Shown here: positions 53,602 to 56,502 of the stretch, in pieces | How the letters are laid out: each line of letters opens with the position of its first letter | How positions within the stretch are numbered: position 1 is the first letter of the stretch | DNA from: Chloroflexota bacterium | GTDB lineage: Bacteria > Chloroflexota > UBA4733 | Length of the DNA: 56,502 nt | Assembly: GCA_051003235.1 (NCBI GenBank) | Contig: JBPCLN010000120.1 | Coordinates: forward strand, 1 to 56,502 | Direction of reading: 5' to 3' | Notes under the pieces: generated by a model | What the model was told of the DNA's origin: nothing | Database searches by the model: none | Seen by the model: only the letters and a program-made list of their open reading frames with translations | Program-made: the position numbers and the translations under genes

Positions 53602-54568
53602 GGAACTGCACCAACGTCAACCCCAGTATGATGGCGAAGAGGACAAAGGCCAGCGACGAGGCATAACCCAGGTGTCCATAGCGAAAGGCCTGGTTATACA
53701 CCAGCAGCGCCACCGTCGTCGTCGTCCCCGCCGGGCCGCCGCCGGTCATAATGTAGATCTGATTGAAGGCCTTGAAGCTGCCGATGACCGAAATTACCAG
53801 GATGAAAAACGTCGTTGGCAAGAGGAGCGGCCAAGTCAGATAGCGCAGAACTTGCCCCTCACTCGCTCCGTCCAGCCGGGCCGCCTCGTACAGTTCCTTC
53901 GGGATGGCAGTCAGTCCGGCAAGGAATACCACAGTATCAAAGCCCTGGCTATACCAGATGGACATGACCGCAATGCAGAAGAGGGCGAGACTCGGACCAT
54001 GCGCCCAGCCTGGGACGACAACGCCGAATGGCTGGAGCGCCAACTGAAAGAGGCCGCGCGGTTCGTTAAGCCACTGGGGCGAGGGCGCTCCGGCAAACGT
54101 CCAGAAGGCGCTGATCAGGCCATCGGGCCGGAAAATGACCCGCCATACCGCCGCGGCCGCGACGGTCGAAGTCACGTAGGGAATGAAGAACAAGGTGCGA
54201 AAGACCGTCACGCCGCGCAGATTGCGGCTCAAGAGGAGTGCCGCCAGCAACGCCAGGGCAATACTGACCGGAACCGTCAGGATGGCGTACCAGATCGTCG
54301 TCACCAGGGCCTGGTGAAAATCACTGTCCTGCGCGATCACTGCGTAATTGGAAAGGGCGAGGAAAGCGCCACGCGCCACTTTCCAGTTAAAGAGGCTGAT
54401 ATAGAAGGCGAAGCCAACCGCGAAGAAGTGGAAGATGGCGATGACAACGACCGCCGGCAACAGAAATAGATAGGCCAATGCGGTGGTTCGCCAGTACCGT
54501 CGGCGCCTCGACGGTGTACCGCCGCGCCCGGCCGACAGGGATGGAACCAGGACGGGAGCTATCGCCAT
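53564..54568 (-). CDS. carbohydrate ABC transporter permease (MalF type)
   Basis: Only the last 334 aa of track ORF 53564..55348 are membrane-protein-like (MAIAPVLV...RRRRYWRTTALAYLFLLPAVVV.., EAA loop ..ELYEAARLDGASEGQVLRYLTWPL..). ATG is at 54568. Confidence 0.85.
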   Translation of the reverse strand: MAIAPVLVPSLSAGRGGTPSRRRRYWRTTALAYLFLLPAVVVIAIFHFFAVGFAFYISLFNWKVARGAFLALSNYAVIAQDSDFHQALVTTIWYAILTVPVSIALALLAALLLSRNLRGVTVFRTLFFIPYVTSTVAAAAVWRVIFRPDGLISAFWTFAGAPSPQWLNEPRGLFQLALQPFGVVVPGWAHGPSLALFCIAVMSIWYSQGFDTVVFLAGLTAIPKELYEAARLDGASEGQVLRYLTWPLLLPTTFFILVISVIGSFKAFNQIYIMTGGGPAGTTTTVALLVYNQAFRYGHLGYASSLAFVLFAIILGLTLVQFRVVGRSARAASG

Positions 54569-54772
54569 CGAGTCGTTACCTCTGGCTTCGCACCTGGCAA
54601 GGCCTCGCCCTTCCCAAACGCCGTTAGTATAAGCTGCCTGCCACGGACTGGTCAACGCATTTAAGCTGCATTTTGTAGTCTGGCGCAACAGGACCACAAC
54701 GGCGGCCGCCGCCCTGTTCACCCTCCGCTGGTACCATGAAAAAAAGAGATGCAATTGGGGGCAGTGCCGACG

Positions 54773-55642
54773 ATGGAAGTGCACGTTATTAAGCCACAGG
54801 GCTACTGTTACGGCGTCGTCCGCGCCATGAAACTCGCCAAGCAGGTGGGAAACACGACGCCAGGGCCGGTTTTCGGACTGGGTCAAATGGTCCATAACCG
54901 TCACATGATCGACGAACTGGCCGAACATAACGTGGTGACGGTGGATGGACCGAACCGAGCGCACATCCTTGATCAGATTCAGGGCGGCACGGTGATCTTC
55001 ACCGCCCATGGCGTCTCGCCGGAGGTCCGCGCGTTGGCGGCACGGAAGGGGCTCCACACCGTGGACGCCACATGTCCCGACGTGACACGTACCCATGAAC
55101 TCGTGCAGCGCCTGGCGGGCGAGGGCTACCAAATAGTCTATATCGGCAAGCACGGCCACCCGGAACCGGAAGGCGCCATCGGCAACGCGCCTGAGCAAGT
55201 ACACCTCGTGGAAACGATGGCCGAGGTGGAGGCGCTCGACCTCCCGGCGGGCAAACTGGCGGTCACGACACAGACCACCATGAGCATGTGGGATACGCAA
55301 GACATGGTGGATCGCCTCCTGGAGCGCTTTCCGGCCATGGAGGTACACAACGAGATCTGTAGCGCCACCCAGGACCGCCAGACGGCGGCCGTGGAACAGG
55401 CCGCGCTATGCGATGTCGTCATCGTCGTCGGCGATGACCGGAGCTCCAACACCAACCGGCTGGTCGACGCCGTGCGCGATCGGGCGGGGAAACCGGCGTA
55501 TCGCGTCGATAATTTCGAGGAGATCGACCCAACCTGGCTTCACGGCGCCAAGAAGGTTGGTGTCACCGCCGGCGCTTCCACCAAGACGCAGATCACCCGT
55601 GCGGTGATTCGCTACCTGGAGGCGCTGGAGCCGACAGGGTAG
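54773..55642 (+). CDS. ispH: 4-hydroxy-3-methylbut-2-enyl diphosphate reductase
   Basis: MEVHVIKPQGYCYGVVRA.. with ..FTAHGVSP.. and ..ATCPDVT.. blocks including the conserved Cys ligands. ATG 54749 is an alternative start. Confidence 0.9.
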   Translation: MEVHVIKPQGYCYGVVRAMKLAKQVGNTTPGPVFGLGQMVHNRHMIDELAEHNVVTVDGPNRAHILDQIQGGTVIFTAHGVSPEVRALAARKGLHTVDATCPDVTRTHELVQRLAGEGYQIVYIGKHGHPEPEGAIGNAPEQVHLVETMAEVEALDLPAGKLAVTTQTTMSMWDTQDMVDRLLERFPAMEVHNEICSATQDRQTAAVEQAALCDVVIVVGDDRSSNTNRLVDAVRDRAGKPAYRVDNFEEIDPTWLHGAKKVGVTAGASTKTQITRAVIRYLEALEPTG

Positions 55643-56345
55643 GCGAGCCGAATAGGCGTCTCGGCCCGAGCCTGCGCCAGACGGTGAAGGTAACCAGGGG
55701 CGGCAGCAGTGCTGCGATGCCGCCCCCGCCCGCATGCGCCAATACTGCGGCAAGCCACGGCAGGACCCACCAGGCGGCCAGCAGCATGGGTGCGCTACGA
55801 CCAAGCAGCGCAGCGCAGCGCAGGAGGAGCGGCAGCGCAAAGAGCAGGTCGGAAACCAGCGCATAGGGGAGCGCCGCCAGTGTCATAACCGCGGCAAAAT
55901 CGACCGCGCCATCCGTGAGGAACGCCATTCCTCGCCAACGACGCCACCAAAGCCAGGCCATCATGCCCAGCAAAGCGCCCAGCAAGGCGAACTGTACGAC
56001 GGCATGCGGCGTCCCTTCCAACGGAAGCAGAGAGCCGAGCGAACTGGACACCAGCCCGAGGGTGGTGTCTCGCACGGCATAGACGCGCAGCAGAAAGTCG
56101 ACCAGCGTCGCCGGCCCGGACACCAGGAGCGAGCCAATTGGCCAGAGCAGCGCGGCAAGGACGAAGGTAACGCCGGCCGCCGACGGTGCAGCAATCAGCG
56201 CCGACAACGCAATTAAGGCCAAGTTTGGCTTCGCGACCATAATCGCCAGGCAGCAACCGGCGGCGCGTGGGTACCGGGGCAAGAGCGTCAGACCGATGGC
56301 GTAGGCGGCAAAACAGAGCCCGCTCATCTGGCCGAGGTACAGCAT
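55593..56345 (-). CDS. hypothetical polytopic membrane protein
   Basis: 250-aa ORF, highly hydrophobic with about 7 TM segments and no recognised motif. Its 3' end overlaps the ispH 3' end by 50 nt, so the C-terminal tail may not be real. Confidence 0.45.
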   Translation of the reverse strand: MLYLGQMSGLCFAAYAIGLTLLPRYPRAAGCCLAIMVAKPNLALIALSALIAAPSAAGVTFVLAALLWPIGSLLVSGPATLVDFLLRVYAVRDTTLGLVSSSLGSLLPLEGTPHAVVQFALLGALLGMMAWLWWRRWRGMAFLTDGAVDFAAVMTLAALPYALVSDLLFALPLLLRCAALLGRSAPMLLAAWWVLPWLAAVLAHAGGGGIAALLPPLVTFTVWRRLGPRRLFGSPTLSAPAPPGSESPHG

Positions 56346-56502
56346 AAGCAGCGTGGGCCACGATCGCGGATCCAGCTATGAAGCGTCGCGCCTCGGCCGA
56401 CGGTCACCCGCATCGTCATCTCTCTCCCGACCAGCCCCGGACAGCCCACAGTTCACGCAAGGTCTATCCGTACTGTAGCGCCACGAGCAGGCGGGAAGGC
56501 GG

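Noticed and set aside
54569-55348. N-terminal 260 aa of the 594-aa ORF 53564..55348
   Set aside because: This part is antisense to ispH and non-membrane-like. The permease-like sequence begins at ATG 54568 (MAIAPVLV...), so the CDS was truncated there.
56376-56502. Possible continuation or pseudogene fragment upstream of the membrane-protein ORF at the right edge
   Set aside because: The in-frame upstream translation (..RERDDDAGDRRPRRDAS*) is not membrane-protein-like, so there is no evidence for a disrupted larger gene.

Overview
This is a visibly GC-rich bacterial chromosomal segment (roughly mid-60s % GC by eye, not computed). About 50 genes are densely packed, and almost all are core housekeeping or ordinary metabolism genes.

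Main content, left to right:
- A GntR-linked catabolic cluster with an orphan solute-binding protein, a DSD1-type PLP enzyme, a FAH-family hydrolase and several Gfo/Idh/MocA oxidoreductase paralogs.
- infC and tlyA, then glycosyltransferase and nucleotidyltransferase genes and an MFS transporter.
- The conserved translation cluster nusA-ylxR-infB-rbfA-nrnA-truB.
- A multi-GAF histidine kinase.
- rpmI-rplT-trmH plus glycosyltransferases.
- xylB-ffh.
- An ABC-2 exporter with a HisKA_3/NarL two-component pair.
- An AI-2E transporter and a GlmU-like nucleotidyltransferase.
- A class II (B12) ribonucleoside-triphosphate reductase.
- A 1103-aa glycoside-hydrolase-like protein.
- The operon birA-lysS-serS.
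- A PBP2-type transpeptidase, a CUT1-type sugar ABC importer without an ATPase gene, and ispH.

Gene order and protein style (Ala/Ser/Thr lipoprotein linkers, Pro-rich IF2/IF3 extensions) suggest a high-GC Terrabacteria lineage such as Chloroflexota or Actinomycetota. I cannot determine which.

I saw no rRNA, tRNA, CRISPR array, transposase/integrase or recognisable defence system, and I do not claim a new multi-gene system.

The most interesting unexplained signals are regulatory:
1. A promoter, a strong SD, a Ser/Gly-rich mini-ORF and a 15-bp GNRA-capped terminator lie 16 nt upstream of birA-lysS-serS.
2. A perfect intrinsic terminator lies in the short nusA leader, behind an extended -10 promoter. 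Its 12-mer recurs upstream of rpmI.
3. Tandem NrdR boxes lie upstream of the B12 reductase.
4. A perfect TGTGA-N6-TCACA palindrome lies next to xylB.
5. infC has a non-AUG (ATC) start.

Many long antisense ORFs in the track are GC-driven shadow ORFs.
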